Virus record (IMG/VR): IMGVR_UViG_3300005096_000005
Span: 64,001-128,000 of that record
Source of the DNA: a virus
Reading direction: 5' to 3' (one strand)
DNA length: 64,000 nucleotides
Of this stretch, positions 53,655 to 63,415 are shown piece after piece; position 1 is the stretch's first letter, and each line of letters begins with the position of its first letter. The position numbers were made by a program, and so were the translations under genes. The notes under the pieces are model-generated. The model searched no databases and was not told the DNA's origin. It was given only the letters and a program-made list of their open reading frames with translations.

Positions 53655-56600
53655 TTATCCTTGCGGTAGTGACAGGGACACCACTGTCGTGATCTTTCGG
53701 AGTTCGAGCCATACCACGAGCTCGAGCTCGATCCTCAGTGCGCCGATTATCTGCATGTCCCTGGTTGACAGAATGGTGAAGTTATAATCGCTGAGGACCC
53801 CCGCATCGACCATTGAGCGAAGGAATTCATCCACTTCCGTGTTGAGCGCCATTCGCTGCGGGATTGAGTTAGGCTGTCCGAGGAACGGGTTAGAAACCCT
53901 GCGCACGCCTGCCATAGCAGAGTGTACGACACGAACTGTGGACAGCCTGGTGTAGTCGGACAACCGTCCCGGCTTATTGGGCAGATCTCCGGCCGCGGTA
54001 ATGCCGTCCGTAACATAGGCCACGTTATTGAACTGATACAGCGTAACGTAACGGAAGCCCGTGAGGGCGTCAAGCTGCGCATTGCTGTAGTTATATCCAA
54101 GCGTGCCAATGTTAAGGATCGGTTTATGAGTCGTAGCAGCCTCTGCAGGCAGGGTGGAGGTAAGGGCAGCGTACACGACCTCAAGGGTCGAAGGCTGGCC
54201 TGTCGTTGCCGACAGAATCTCCGGACCTGCACAAACCGAGAGGTAACGTCCGATATCTTCCACTCTTCCATCGATTGGATTCGTGGTTCTGAAGCCGTTG
54301 TACATCGGAGTTACGAAATCGCCCACAGTCTTTGTAAGACGGGTCACGCGAGACTGCACTCCACGCATGGAGGTGTCCGTCGCGGGGGACATAGAGATGA
54401 CTCCAATACGCTCCTGCCCGTTCAATGATGTCTGGTAACAATGTTCGGCCAGTATCTGACCAAAGTTAGTTACCGTGTCATTGCCGTTCGGATCGTTCGG
54501 ATCAGCCCTCAGAGGCTTTCCGTTCGAGTCAACTATGACTATACCGCGAGCCCCATTGTACCAGAATTTGCGGTCACGGCCAAAGTACTTCTTGCGTGAC
54601 TCCGCATCCAGGTACATGTCTACAAGAACTATGATGTCGATAGGTTGGTTTTCCAGCAGTTGAAGCAGTCCGGTATCATACTGTGTGCCGAGCAGCTTCT
54701 GCGCATAGTAGCCTGGGTCCTTGCCCACACCATCATCGCCCCCAATCAGATAAGCGGGGGCAACATCTGTGTTGTCGAGCAGGTTGTGCGGCTTCTCATA
54801 CTGCGGGAAGTTCGCGACAGGGTGGTCGGAGTCCGCAACAAAGCGAGCCTCTACAACCACATTATCACGATGAGAGTTGATACCCACGGTCACGTCCTGA
54901 TAGGACAGTGGCGTTGGGCTGGCGCTGAGGGCGACATCGAACTCAGAGGGGAATCCCTTGCCTGCGGGTTTCGATACACGCATCGTCATCTGGTCCGTCA
55001 CCAAACTCCCCGCCAGGTCGATGGTTACACCAACGCCTGTAGTTGAGGAGGCTCCGTCCCATACGCCATTGCCGTATACGCTTCCAGGGTAGATAGCCCG
55101 CAGATAGAGGGCGACATCGGTGTAATACCAGTACTCACCCGCCTGAAGGGAATTGCCGGAGTTGAGTGTAAAGACAGCGTCTTCATGGTCACTCTTCATG
55201 ACAGTCCCCACAACAGGTGCCTGGCCGCCAGCCCCGCGTTTCATGAGAATGGCTTCACCATTGTCGTCCGCCTTAATGTAAGGAATTCGCAGCGACTCAC
55301 CCGATGCCAGTGCTTCGTCCACAATGATAGAACGTCCGAATATTCCAACAGGTGATCCTTGCAGATAAGGATAGCGATATCCTCCCTCTACAATGTCGGG
55401 ATTTTCGATGTCCTTGACGCGCACCTGCGCAAGCGCCGTTCCTGCTGTGCCCTGTATTACTTCTATGCTGACGGTCTCACCCGTGGGCAGTCCTTCCGGG
55501 TCCATAAGCTCAATCTCTGTAGTGCTATCCTGAATGTAAGGAAGCGTCCAGAGATTCTCGAGCTGACCGTACATAGTTGTCTGCTCTTGAAGAGCTGTGT
55601 TGATCGTGTTTGCTCCTGCAGCTCCGCCAGTGGAATCCTGGTACATTGTACCATACAGACGGAACTCCATGTCTGCTGCAAACATCACTTCCGCCGTGGG
55701 AATCCTGATCTTGCCACCGCTGGGCAACGCTCCTGTCCCATCGGGAACAGCATCGTATACAAAGCCGTCGGCTCCTGCATACACGTCGATAGAGGACACG
55801 AACGCCTTGACGTCATCGTAGAACGTAGCCGCAACCTGAATGTTCAGGCCCGGATCGTTCGAGATGTCAAAGTAGCCTGCCGCGATGTAGATGGCAGATT
55901 CTTGGGCGTCATAGTAGAACAGGTCATCCTGAGTCTCGGTCGGTACCAGCGTGGAACGCTGCAGCTGTACAGTAGCGGCCGTTGTCGTCAGGTCTACCTT
56001 GAGGTTTCCATATTGTGTCGTTCCCACCGCCGGTCCGCCGATATCCTTGTTGCCAAGGGCGGCGTTGTCGTTGGTAAACGGCACGTGATCCGGGTCGCCC
56101 ACATTGACATCGTCCGGATCGAACAGTGTCATTAGCGGGTTGTAGTCCGGATCCCCCGAATCCATACTTCCGATAAACTGAATCTTGACCGGAACAAGCT
56201 CTCCGAGCTGGATCAGATCGGCCGGGTTCGGGACATTTGACGTATCTGCGTCCGTCGGATTCCACGCCTTAACGCCTGTCGTATCGTCGGTGTTCTCCGA
56301 AAGACTCATGGAGTTACCGAGGTTACTTCCGCTCATTCCCGAGGCTTTGGCTTCTACAATGACATACTCCTGGATGTTCCCCAGCCCGTCGTCTACACCT
56401 TCGCGATGAGCTTCGACATACGGGTTGATACCTGCGTCATTGTTGATCGCGCTTGCCAGGTTCACGGCTGTGGCTGTAAGGTCGCCAGAAACAATGTTCC
56501 AGTTAAACCCTCCACCGCCGATCTCTCCGATGAAGCTGGCTGCGTAATCTGTTCCGCCATCTTCGATAGCCACCGTCAAGAGCGGCTGATTGTCAAGACC

Positions 56601-59516
56601 ATCATCAAGGAACTGTTGGCCTGTGACGTCAAACGCGGTCGATGCGGCAGGTCCGCCACTGATTGTGAGCGTACTGTTGTTTCCCGCTGACCCCGTTGAA
56701 TTGTCTTGAATTCTTACCGTAGTCCCGCCAGGATTGCTGACGGAATGTGATGCTGTAGGTCCGAACGTGTTGAACCAACTGATGAAGTTGTTCATTGCGT
56801 CGGCCTCTGTCGCTCCGATCTCGAAGTTGTTAGGATCATTGAAAGTCGAAGCCGCCACAGTGACTGCGGTCCCACCGGCGGGGGTGATGGTAATGCTGTC
56901 GCCTACCATGTCCGCAACGCTGTCGAAAAATATCTCAAACGCCGCCGCCTGTGGATTCATCCCCTGAGAAATGATGTCGCCATCACTTTCCGATACGGGA
57001 ACGCCGTTGCCGTCGTCAGTTGTGAGTTGTGGCCCTGCCACAGAAGCCGCACCCGATGTCCAACCTGGAGTTGCGCCGTCGTCCTGGGTTGTCATGAATG
57101 TCAGGCCATTCCCTGCCGCTCCCTGGAGGGGACCACCGGGTGTCGCTGAGAAGCGAACAATCTCACTGCTCGCGCCTTCAATACTCACATCCCATTGTCC
57201 GGCACTCGGGCTGGCTGCATCATTGAAAAGCGTACTGATAGCGCCCGCATGTTGCGGTCCGTTATTCGGATCAGCCACTGACACCGATCCTGTCCACGCA
57301 CAATCCCAGGTGGCGGTTCCACTGTTCCATGTAACGTCAGCCGAACTGCCTCCACTCAACGGAATGATAACCTTACAACCTGTGTCAGGTGAGTACGTTC
57401 CTATGGAGAAGTCGAACGTTACATAAGCATCTCCCTGGTCCATTCCGCCGGTAAAGAAACGCGGAGGATCCATAAGAGTTTGCTTAATACCCTGAGGGTT
57501 CGCAGTCCAATAAGAAATGCTGGAACCTGCTGTATCGATGGTAATCTGAGCTTCCCATGTCCCGCCACCAAGATCGACAACGGTTTGGGAGTACATACCA
57601 CCGAGACCCACACGGCTGAACGCCTGGGTCATGGCACTGGCAAAGTTCTGCGCAGTAGCCTGCATGTCGCCCGCACTGACTTGCCAGTGAATGCCTTCAC
57701 GAAGCTGGAAGGTAATGCCCCCTCCAAAGAACGTGATGCCGTCATCTGCCATGTCTGCTTCATTCGCGGGATCAAACCTTGCGTCCAACCGGTATTGGCC
57801 GCCTCCCTGGTCGACAAAGTCGTAATTGGCTCCACTCATCGTCAGGTCACTGTTGAAGATGATTCCTTTAGGATAAGAAGAACCGGGAAGGTCAATGTAC
57901 CAATTGTTGTTGGGCGCCGTACCTGTGGCTGTCGCCTTGACAAAAACATCCTGACCACCAGATGATGCGGAGAAGTTTGCTACCGCATCGATGGCTGCAG
58001 CAATATTGGCAGCGGTTTGCCCGTTATCGGGTCCAATTGTGAACTCATTGGCCCCTGGAGCGCCCGCGACTGCTGTAAGCTGCGTGGTTGTGGTTCCGTC
58101 GAACAGGGTGATCTGGTCACCGGGTGTGAGTTGGTTGTAATCTTCAACTCTGAATCCGACACTGGCCTGCACTCCGGCTCCTGATACAGCAATGTCGTTC
58201 GCTGAACCTTCCAGACGGAATGCTCCGACTGCCAGCTTCTTGCCGCCAGTGATCTCGAACAGATTCGTGTTCCCTACGTACTGAACTTCTTTCCGCTCTA
58301 CCCGTGGCAGTGTGAAGTCAGTCCCTGCTGTAACTCCGGGAGTGAATCCGGCGCCACTGTCGTAAGAGAGGAAATCAGGGTGGGTCGCCGCCAGAGCTTC
58401 AGCTTCAACTCTGTTGTTGGCGGCTATACGACATAGCATCTCTGGAGGAAGCGAACCCGGGAAGTTCTCGTTCAGGTCGATCCCTACGATGACCTCGGCC
58501 CCGTCCGGCAGTCCTACATCGCCAAAGCCGATAACACGAACCTTATCTTCCTCGGTCGTGTCGTCATGTGCGGGTAACGCACCCGCTCCGGCAAGGTAGT
58601 AATGCTTGGCCGCAAGGCCCTCCCATCCGTATTCCAGATCTGCCATTGCTGCTGCACGGCCAGCCCCCGCTGTCATAGCGCGGTTGACCGCTGTTCCTAC
58701 CGCACTCGTGCGGTAGCTTGTATAACTGAGAAACATTGTGAGATTGCCGTAATTGCTTCCTACGTCGATGTTTCCGTAGGTAGTGTCCGGGGTGTTGGCC
58801 CAGAGACCCTGTCCTACGGCCGGGTTGGCTGCGATAGTGGGATTCGTCATGTTCCCGACATCCCACCTTACGAACTGGCCGGACAGTCCATCCGGCGATT
58901 GGTCCGTATAAGCTGACCCTACCCACGCAACCGGAAGACCCTCCGCCTCTGCGTCGACCTCAATGTCGGACGAAGGCAGCGGATTCGGCAGCGTATAAGC
59001 GAACTCGTAGTTGTTGCCCGCCAGAGTGAAACGCATTATCATATTGCCTCCGGCCATGTTTTCACTGAAGCCGGAGATAGCAAACAGATAATTGTCTACA
59101 ACATCTGGAGCAAGCGGATCGCCTGTAATGCTGCCCGCCTGGTAAGTGGGTTCCGGAATGTCAAAACTGACTTCCGGGTCGATCTCGACGTAGGCGTAAG
59201 ATGCTGGGTTTGCCTCCTTTAAGGCAAGCGCGGCGTATTCGCCTCCGATACGCATGCCCTGGACAGCTCGTGCCCCGGCATTATTCGCATCGTTGATTGC
59301 ACGGGCCAGAGTGGCCTTCGGGCTATCATAAGGATCCCCGAAGAACTCTATGGCCGCCTGCGGTAGTGTTACCACCACAGGGGCGCTGTTCGGCCCGTCC
59401 GGAGAGGTTCCCACCAGGAGAACCGTCTCAGTAGTTGCCAGAGGAGGAGGCGCTGCAAGCCCGCCATCTTTGTAGTTTGTGACAAAGCCTGCTAAGTTTG
59501 GATAAACTCTCGCCAT
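53655..59516 (-). CDS. Contractile tail sheath protein with a very large insertion, 1953 aa
   Basis: N-terminal TVLLVGTSPDGP...FFG...AGARAVQGMRIG and C-terminal SDYTRLSTVRVV...FLGQPN...IELELV...ELRKI sheath motifs; AGGAGGTG SD. Confidence 0.88.
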   Translation of the reverse strand: MARVYPNLAGFVTNYKDGGLAAPPPLATTETVLLVGTSPDGPNSAPVVVTLPQAAIEFFGDPYDSPKATLARAINDANNAGARAVQGMRIGGEYAALALKEANPASYAYVEIDPEVSFDIPEPTYQAGSITGDPLAPDVVDNYLFAISGFSENMAGGNMIMRFTLAGNNYEFAYTLPNPLPSSDIEVDAEAEGLPVAWVGSAYTDQSPDGLSGQFVRWDVGNMTNPTIAANPAVGQGLWANTPDTTYGNIDVGSNYGNLTMFLSYTSYRTSAVGTAVNRAMTAGAGRAAAMADLEYGWEGLAAKHYYLAGAGALPAHDDTTEEDKVRVIGFGDVGLPDGAEVIVGIDLNENFPGSLPPEMLCRIAANNRVEAEALAATHPDFLSYDSGAGFTPGVTAGTDFTLPRVERKEVQYVGNTNLFEITGGKKLAVGAFRLEGSANDIAVSGAGVQASVGFRVEDYNQLTPGDQITLFDGTTTTQLTAVAGAPGANEFTIGPDNGQTAANIAAAIDAVANFSASSGGQDVFVKATATGTAPNNNWYIDLPGSSYPKGIIFNSDLTMSGANYDFVDQGGGQYRLDARFDPANEADMADDGITFFGGGITFQLREGIHWQVSAGDMQATAQNFASAMTQAFSRVGLGGMYSQTVVDLGGGTWEAQITIDTAGSSISYWTANPQGIKQTLMDPPRFFTGGMDQGDAYVTFDFSIGTYSPDTGCKVIIPLSGGSSADVTWNSGTATWDCAWTGSVSVADPNNGPQHAGAISTLFNDAASPSAGQWDVSIEGASSEIVRFSATPGGPLQGAAGNGLTFMTTQDDGATPGWTSGAASVAGPQLTTDDGNGVPVSESDGDIISQGMNPQAAAFEIFFDSVADMVGDSITITPAGGTAVTVAASTFNDPNNFEIGATEADAMNNFISWFNTFGPTASHSVSNPGGTTVRIQDNSTGSAGNNSTLTISGGPAASTAFDVTGQQFLDDGLDNQPLLTVAIEDGGTDYAASFIGEIGGGGFNWNIVSGDLTATAVNLASAINNDAGINPYVEAHREGVDDGLGNIQEYVIVEAKASGMSGSNLGNSMSLSENTDDTTGVKAWNPTDADTSNVPNPADLIQLGELVPVKIQFIGSMDSGDPDYNPLMTLFDPDDVNVGDPDHVPFTNDNAALGNKDIGGPAVGTTQYGNLKVDLTTTAATVQLQRSTLVPTETQDDLFYYDAQESAIYIAAGYFDISNDPGLNIQVAATFYDDVKAFVSSIDVYAGADGFVYDAVPDGTGALPSGGKIRIPTAEVMFAADMEFRLYGTMYQDSTGGAAGANTINTALQEQTTMYGQLENLWTLPYIQDSTTEIELMDPEGLPTGETVSIEVIQGTAGTALAQVRVKDIENPDIVEGGYRYPYLQGSPVGIFGRSIIVDEALASGESLRIPYIKADDNGEAILMKRGAGGQAPVVGTVMKSDHEDAVFTLNSGNSLQAGEYWYYTDVALYLRAIYPGSVYGNGVWDGASSTTGVGVTIDLAGSLVTDQMTMRVSKPAGKGFPSEFDVALSASPTPLSYQDVTVGINSHRDNVVVEARFVADSDHPVANFPQYEKPHNLLDNTDVAPAYLIGGDDGVGKDPGYYAQKLLGTQYDTGLLQLLENQPIDIIVLVDMYLDAESRKKYFGRDRKFWYNGARGIVIVDSNGKPLRADPNDPNGNDTVTNFGQILAEHCYQTSLNGQERIGVISMSPATDTSMRGVQSRVTRLTKTVGDFVTPMYNGFRTTNPIDGRVEDIGRYLSVCAGPEILSATTGQPSTLEVVYAALTSTLPAEAATTHKPILNIGTLGYNYSNAQLDALTGFRYVTLYQFNNVAYVTDGITAAGDLPNKPGRLSDYTRLSTVRVVHSAMAGVRRVSNPFLGQPNSIPQRMALNTEVDEFLRSMVDAGVLSDYNFTILSTRDMQIIGALRIELELVVWLELRKITTVVSLSLPQG

Positions 59517-59534
59517 TAGCGGTTACACCTCCTG

Positions 59535-60305
59535 TCAAATTATGGTGATGCGTCCACTGAAGAAGCTTACACCATCCTCAACAATCGGCCTCATACTTTC
59601 TGAGAGCTCGACTGCAATGCGCCTGATGACCTCATATTCTTGTACATACAAGTCCTCGAAGACCATCCTGTAGCGCAAAGAGCGGGCAAAGATATCGTCC
59701 CGCCACTTTGTGACAGTGCGATCTCGCAACCGCTCGGAATAGAGGATGTCGCTAACCCCCTTCAGTCTGAACACGCCGGTATATGTGAACATAAACCTCT
59801 TAAATCTGGCTGCCAACCTGCCTGCCTCTGGTGGAGTCATACCCCAGCAGTTGAACTGCACCAGCGTATCCAGGCGTTGTCCCCAGACAACTACTGACTC
59901 GCCCTCAGGACTGAACTCACTTGCGCTTGGCGGATAAAACTTCTGCCCGCAAGTCTTCTCCCACTGAGGGTAATTGGTACACACTTCCCGACGACACACC
60001 AGGCTCATGTCCTGATGCTGGCACTTGTATGTCGGGAACGTATCCCTTATCCTTGGCTTGACCTCTCCGGGTACAGGCGTCTCGTGGACCACTTCGACCG
60101 TCACCACCGGCGTCTCGGTTTTAGGGTCGGGGTCCTCCTCTGTTATGATGACTCCTGGAAGCGCTTTCTTCCCCAGCTCTACAAGCATCTCCAAGAAGTC
60201 CTCAAACGACGCACTACCCTCAGCCTGAACCCTTTGCTTTGGAGTAAGCTTTGGGTAAAGGCTTGTATGTATTCTATCTCCTTGCGGAGTGAATATCGTA
60301 TTCAT
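59535..60305 (-). CDS. Tail completion/terminator-like protein, 256 aa
   Basis: Immediately before the sheath; contains KPRIRD...GQRLDTLVQFNCW...FKRFMFTYTG...RSLRY. Confidence 0.55.
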   Translation of the reverse strand: MNTIFTPQGDRIHTSLYPKLTPKQRVQAEGSASFEDFLEMLVELGKKALPGVIITEEDPDPKTETPVVTVEVVHETPVPGEVKPRIRDTFPTYKCQHQDMSLVCRREVCTNYPQWEKTCGQKFYPPSASEFSPEGESVVVWGQRLDTLVQFNCWGMTPPEAGRLAARFKRFMFTYTGVFRLKGVSDILYSERLRDRTVTKWRDDIFARSLRYRMVFEDLYVQEYEVIRRIAVELSESMRPIVEDGVSFFSGRITII

Positions 60306-62086
60306 TATACTCCCACATTAACTGCAAATTGCAATTCCTCCAGAGTACCGATCACAACAAGCACGAGATCAATCTGCGCTTCATAAATGTCAATCTGAAT
60401 TGCCGCAAGCGAGAAGTCATGTATCGACACCCCTACATACGGACGACACGCAGCCTTCGCAACAGCCTCAACTTGCTTCATTGGCACCCGTTGCCGGCCC
60501 AGAAACTTACCTTCCACAGCATACTTAATGCTGCGAATAATCTGGTTCGCCACCCTGAGGTTCTTAATACTGCTCCAGCCCTGCTTGTTTCCGTTGTTGT
60601 CCTCTACCGGCACCATCGTCACATTAGTACCAAGAGTGTTTCCTTTTGCTATTGTATGCCTCACTGCGTTTACGCCTGAAGCTTTCAGGGTGGCAATGAA
60701 GGCTTCAAACAGAACGGGTGACCGTGAGTCGAGACCTTTGATTGGCTTGTTGAGAGGGTCTACCTCCTCTGGAAGACTTGACAGGACAGCGCCCGCCGCC
60801 GAGGATATATTGAAGTCCTCCTCTACGCGAGCCCCTGTTATAGGATCATTATACACGACCCGGGTATATCCGTAAACCGAATAGAGAAACTTAGCTCCAG
60901 GATGGATTGGGTAATACGACACTCTCATGTCCGAAAACACAGTTGAGGCCGGCAGAGAGGTCACAAGAACGGAAAGGGTGTTCCCCTTACTGCCAAAAAG
61001 AGAATACGTACCTCCCGGGGCTACCACTTGAGGTGTCCCCTGCCCTCCACCCGGCTCAGTCCATGTCAATTCGTAAGTAAGGTGGTTATATTCCACCACC
61101 CCAAAACCGCCCACAGTTCCGAAGGATGCCGAGATCAGGCCAACGCCTGGCATTCCCGTCCCTTCCCACTGAACGACAGAACCCCCTCTGAGCTGCATCA
61201 GACTAACAGGTACAGAACCCTCCGGTACCGTCTCCTTGTTTAGTTCAGCGTTTACTTCCTTGCAACGCCTGACTGTGGTCGCCGGAAGGACCGCGGCGAT
61301 AGGGTGTACATACTTTGAGTGTTCGTAACAAAAGTCAGCAAGCTGTACCGCCAATAAGTTATCCATCCCAACATCATACAGATCGGCTATTGCGTCTGGA
61401 GCACACAGCGTTCCGAACCGGACTCTTGAAAGAGTCTGGTACGCAATGCTGTAAGCGTTATACACGTACTGATATGACCTCGGGGAACCGTCTCCCAAAT
61501 TAAGATACTCATGGTAATCACCGGCCCTCATGAGATAGATATCCCGAACACCATTCTGAAGCCGGGCCAGACGCCATGCCTTGTTTACCGTCGTGTGTGG
61601 AGGAAACAGCCTGTCCACCTGATACTGCTCGGTCGCCCGGAAAAGATGTCCATTAGGGACAAGGTTGCTATCTCCAAGCCCTACAATAACCATAGAGGAA
61701 TCTGAAGTACTCTGTTCCGCAATCGAGGCTGGAAAGACAGCCTTAATAAAACCATCGGGCCACGGAGTAACTACAAAGTCGTCAGATATCTCCTCATATA
61801 TCTCGTCAGTTGCTACCTCCGTCTCAAACATCTGAACCATAACTTTTGCATTAACTGTTGGGACACCGGCCGGGGCAAGGAAAGATGTTTGATTGACAGA
61901 TACTTCAATCCTGGACTGACCGGGGGCAATACGGGACGTCGTGTCATTCCATGTCGCACCTCCGTCCCTACTGTACAGAATACGAACCCACCCTGTAGAG
62001 TAGTTGACGTCCCACTCTACATTAACCTGATCTATCCCCGGGCGGAACTCTGCAACATCAGTTCCTGTGCGATACACTCTTATCAC
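60305..62086 (-). CDS. Second, minor tail sheath paralog with N-terminal Ig-like domain, 593 aa
   Basis: MVIVGLG...GVRDIYLMRAG, QLADFCY, PLNKPIKG, SIKNLRVANQII...FLG and IDLVLVVIGTLEEL mirror the main sheath; SRDGGATW lies in the N-terminal domain. Confidence 0.7.
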   Translation of the reverse strand: MIRVYRTGTDVAEFRPGIDQVNVEWDVNYSTGWVRILYSRDGGATWNDTTSRIAPGQSRIEVSVNQTSFLAPAGVPTVNAKVMVQMFETEVATDEIYEEISDDFVVTPWPDGFIKAVFPASIAEQSTSDSSMVIVGLGDSNLVPNGHLFRATEQYQVDRLFPPHTTVNKAWRLARLQNGVRDIYLMRAGDYHEYLNLGDGSPRSYQYVYNAYSIAYQTLSRVRFGTLCAPDAIADLYDVGMDNLLAVQLADFCYEHSKYVHPIAAVLPATTVRRCKEVNAELNKETVPEGSVPVSLMQLRGGSVVQWEGTGMPGVGLISASFGTVGGFGVVEYNHLTYELTWTEPGGGQGTPQVVAPGGTYSLFGSKGNTLSVLVTSLPASTVFSDMRVSYYPIHPGAKFLYSVYGYTRVVYNDPITGARVEEDFNISSAAGAVLSSLPEEVDPLNKPIKGLDSRSPVLFEAFIATLKASGVNAVRHTIAKGNTLGTNVTMVPVEDNNGNKQGWSSIKNLRVANQIIRSIKYAVEGKFLGRQRVPMKQVEAVAKAACRPYVGVSIHDFSLAAIQIDIYEAQIDLVLVVIGTLEELQFAVNVGV

Positions 62087-62868
62087 GTGACTTCTATCTC
62101 CGTCCCGACTATTGTAAACTCATGCACATACACTTGCCCGACCACGCCGCTCCACACCGGAGCCACTTTGAAGTACCAGGTTCCGTCAAACTGGGGCCTG
62201 CCCGCAGTGTTCACGAATCTACTTGTTGTCTTTTGTGTGAGAAAAGCGTCTGCTTTGTTCTTTGTTATCGTCCAGGCGAAGTAATCGACAGCCTGGTCGA
62301 ACTCCCATTCGAAAAAAGGTTCACTACCATTACAGACGCCACCATTGGGTACAATCACGTCTTTGCGGAGCTGCCCGTTCTCGTCCAGAAAAGCATCTTC
62401 CCACACCCTGACATTGGAAACTGTGGCATCCCAGACAATCAACACAGGCTGAAACTTAAACCACTTCCATGCAGTCCACCACCGGAGAGCCGAGGGAGAT
62501 TGTTCTCCCTCTGGATCCACCGTCGCTCTGACCGTAGCCCAATAGTCCTGGTTGGGTGTGAGGTTCATGGTCGTCGCAAGGAGAACCTCTGCATTCGGAT
62601 CTATTGACTGGGTTATTCCCGGCGTAGGCACAAACAATGCCGGGCTTGTTTGTTGGTGAAAGTGCGCTCCTGGAACAGGCTGCCGGAATTTGTCATACAG
62701 GATTACCTCAAACCAAAGCCGTTCATTGATGTCCCTGGAGTGGTCTGCTGCAAGATGAAACGACGCCCCTATTGCCTGGACGTCGTTCAGATTCTTGATG
62801 TCGTCCAGAGTGGGCGCACTGGCGCCGATCTGTCCGGCGCCTATGCCCATCTGCCCTATACTTCCCAT
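62083..62868 (-). CDS. Tandem Ig/FN3-like virion protein, 261 aa
   Basis: LTPNQDYWATVRA and PFFEW...DGTWYFKVAPV FN3-like strands. Confidence 0.5.
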   Translation of the reverse strand: MGSIGQMGIGAGQIGASAPTLDDIKNLNDVQAIGASFHLAADHSRDINERLWFEVILYDKFRQPVPGAHFHQQTSPALFVPTPGITQSIDPNAEVLLATTMNLTPNQDYWATVRATVDPEGEQSPSALRWWTAWKWFKFQPVLIVWDATVSNVRVWEDAFLDENGQLRKDVIVPNGGVCNGSEPFFEWEFDQAVDYFAWTITKNKADAFLTQKTTSRFVNTAGRPQFDGTWYFKVAPVWSGVVGQVYVHEFTIVGTEIEVT

Positions 62869-62869
62869 A

Positions 62870-63013
62870 TCACCACTTCTTCACGAAGCCGATAACTGCC
62901 GTCGGAGCCTTTCCTATGGTCTTTTCGACACCAAACGAGAGACGTGAATTCTTTTTAGCCTTAACAAGACCTACGAAAGCTTTCTTGTTCCGCAGATCTA
63001 ATCGGACTCCCCC
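62870..63013 (-). CDS. Unannotated cationic reading frame (about 46 aa) with no canonical start, in the -1 frame of the holin end
   Basis: Reads GVRLDLRNKKAFVGLVKAKKNSRLSFGVEKTIGKAPTAVIGFVKKW*, fills the 129-nt gap and ends in a TGATATG junction with the next gene. Confidence 0.45.
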   Translation of the reverse strand, partial: GGVRLDLRNKKAFVGLVKAKKNSRLSFGVEKTIGKAPTAVIGFVKKW

Positions 63014-63414
63014 AGGCTCTTGCCCTCCTCGAGTCCGCGTGTTGCATTAACGATGTCATGGATGCGGTCTTTCAGTTCCTCGTCATCCGGCACATTCACG
63101 CCAAGATTCGTTAACCCCTTCTTAACTACATCCATGGCCATATTGAGTTTGGCATCGCCAGTCATCTTTTCAGACTTCTCCTTGAGCAATCTACGAGCCG
63201 CCTCTTCGGTAGCATTTACGCCACGGATGCACAGGGCCGTGATCTTTGCTTCCAGGTCGTCGCTGATATCAATGTTTGTTGCGGTTTCAAACCTCACAAT
63301 AACAGCGTGAACCAGTTTTGGCGCCTTGGCAACCAGAATACCTACCAGGGCTGTGAGCCCCGCGGGGATAACCACCCCGTACAGCAATTGCTGTGCGTAA
63401 GATGTCCATTCCAT
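62998..63414 (-). CDS. Holin, LL-H-like family
   Basis: One N-terminal TM segment, then GVNATEE...TGDAKLNMAMDVVKKGL...ELKDRIHDIV, the LL-H-like pattern; start 63414 has a GAGGTG SD. Confidence 0.65.
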   Translation of the reverse strand: MEWTSYAQQLLYGVVIPAGLTALVGILVAKAPKLVHAVIVRFETATNIDISDDLEAKITALCIRGVNATEEAARRLLKEKSEKMTGDAKLNMAMDVVKKGLTNLGVNVPDDEELKDRIHDIVNATRGLEEGKSLGESD

Positions 63415-63415
63415 G

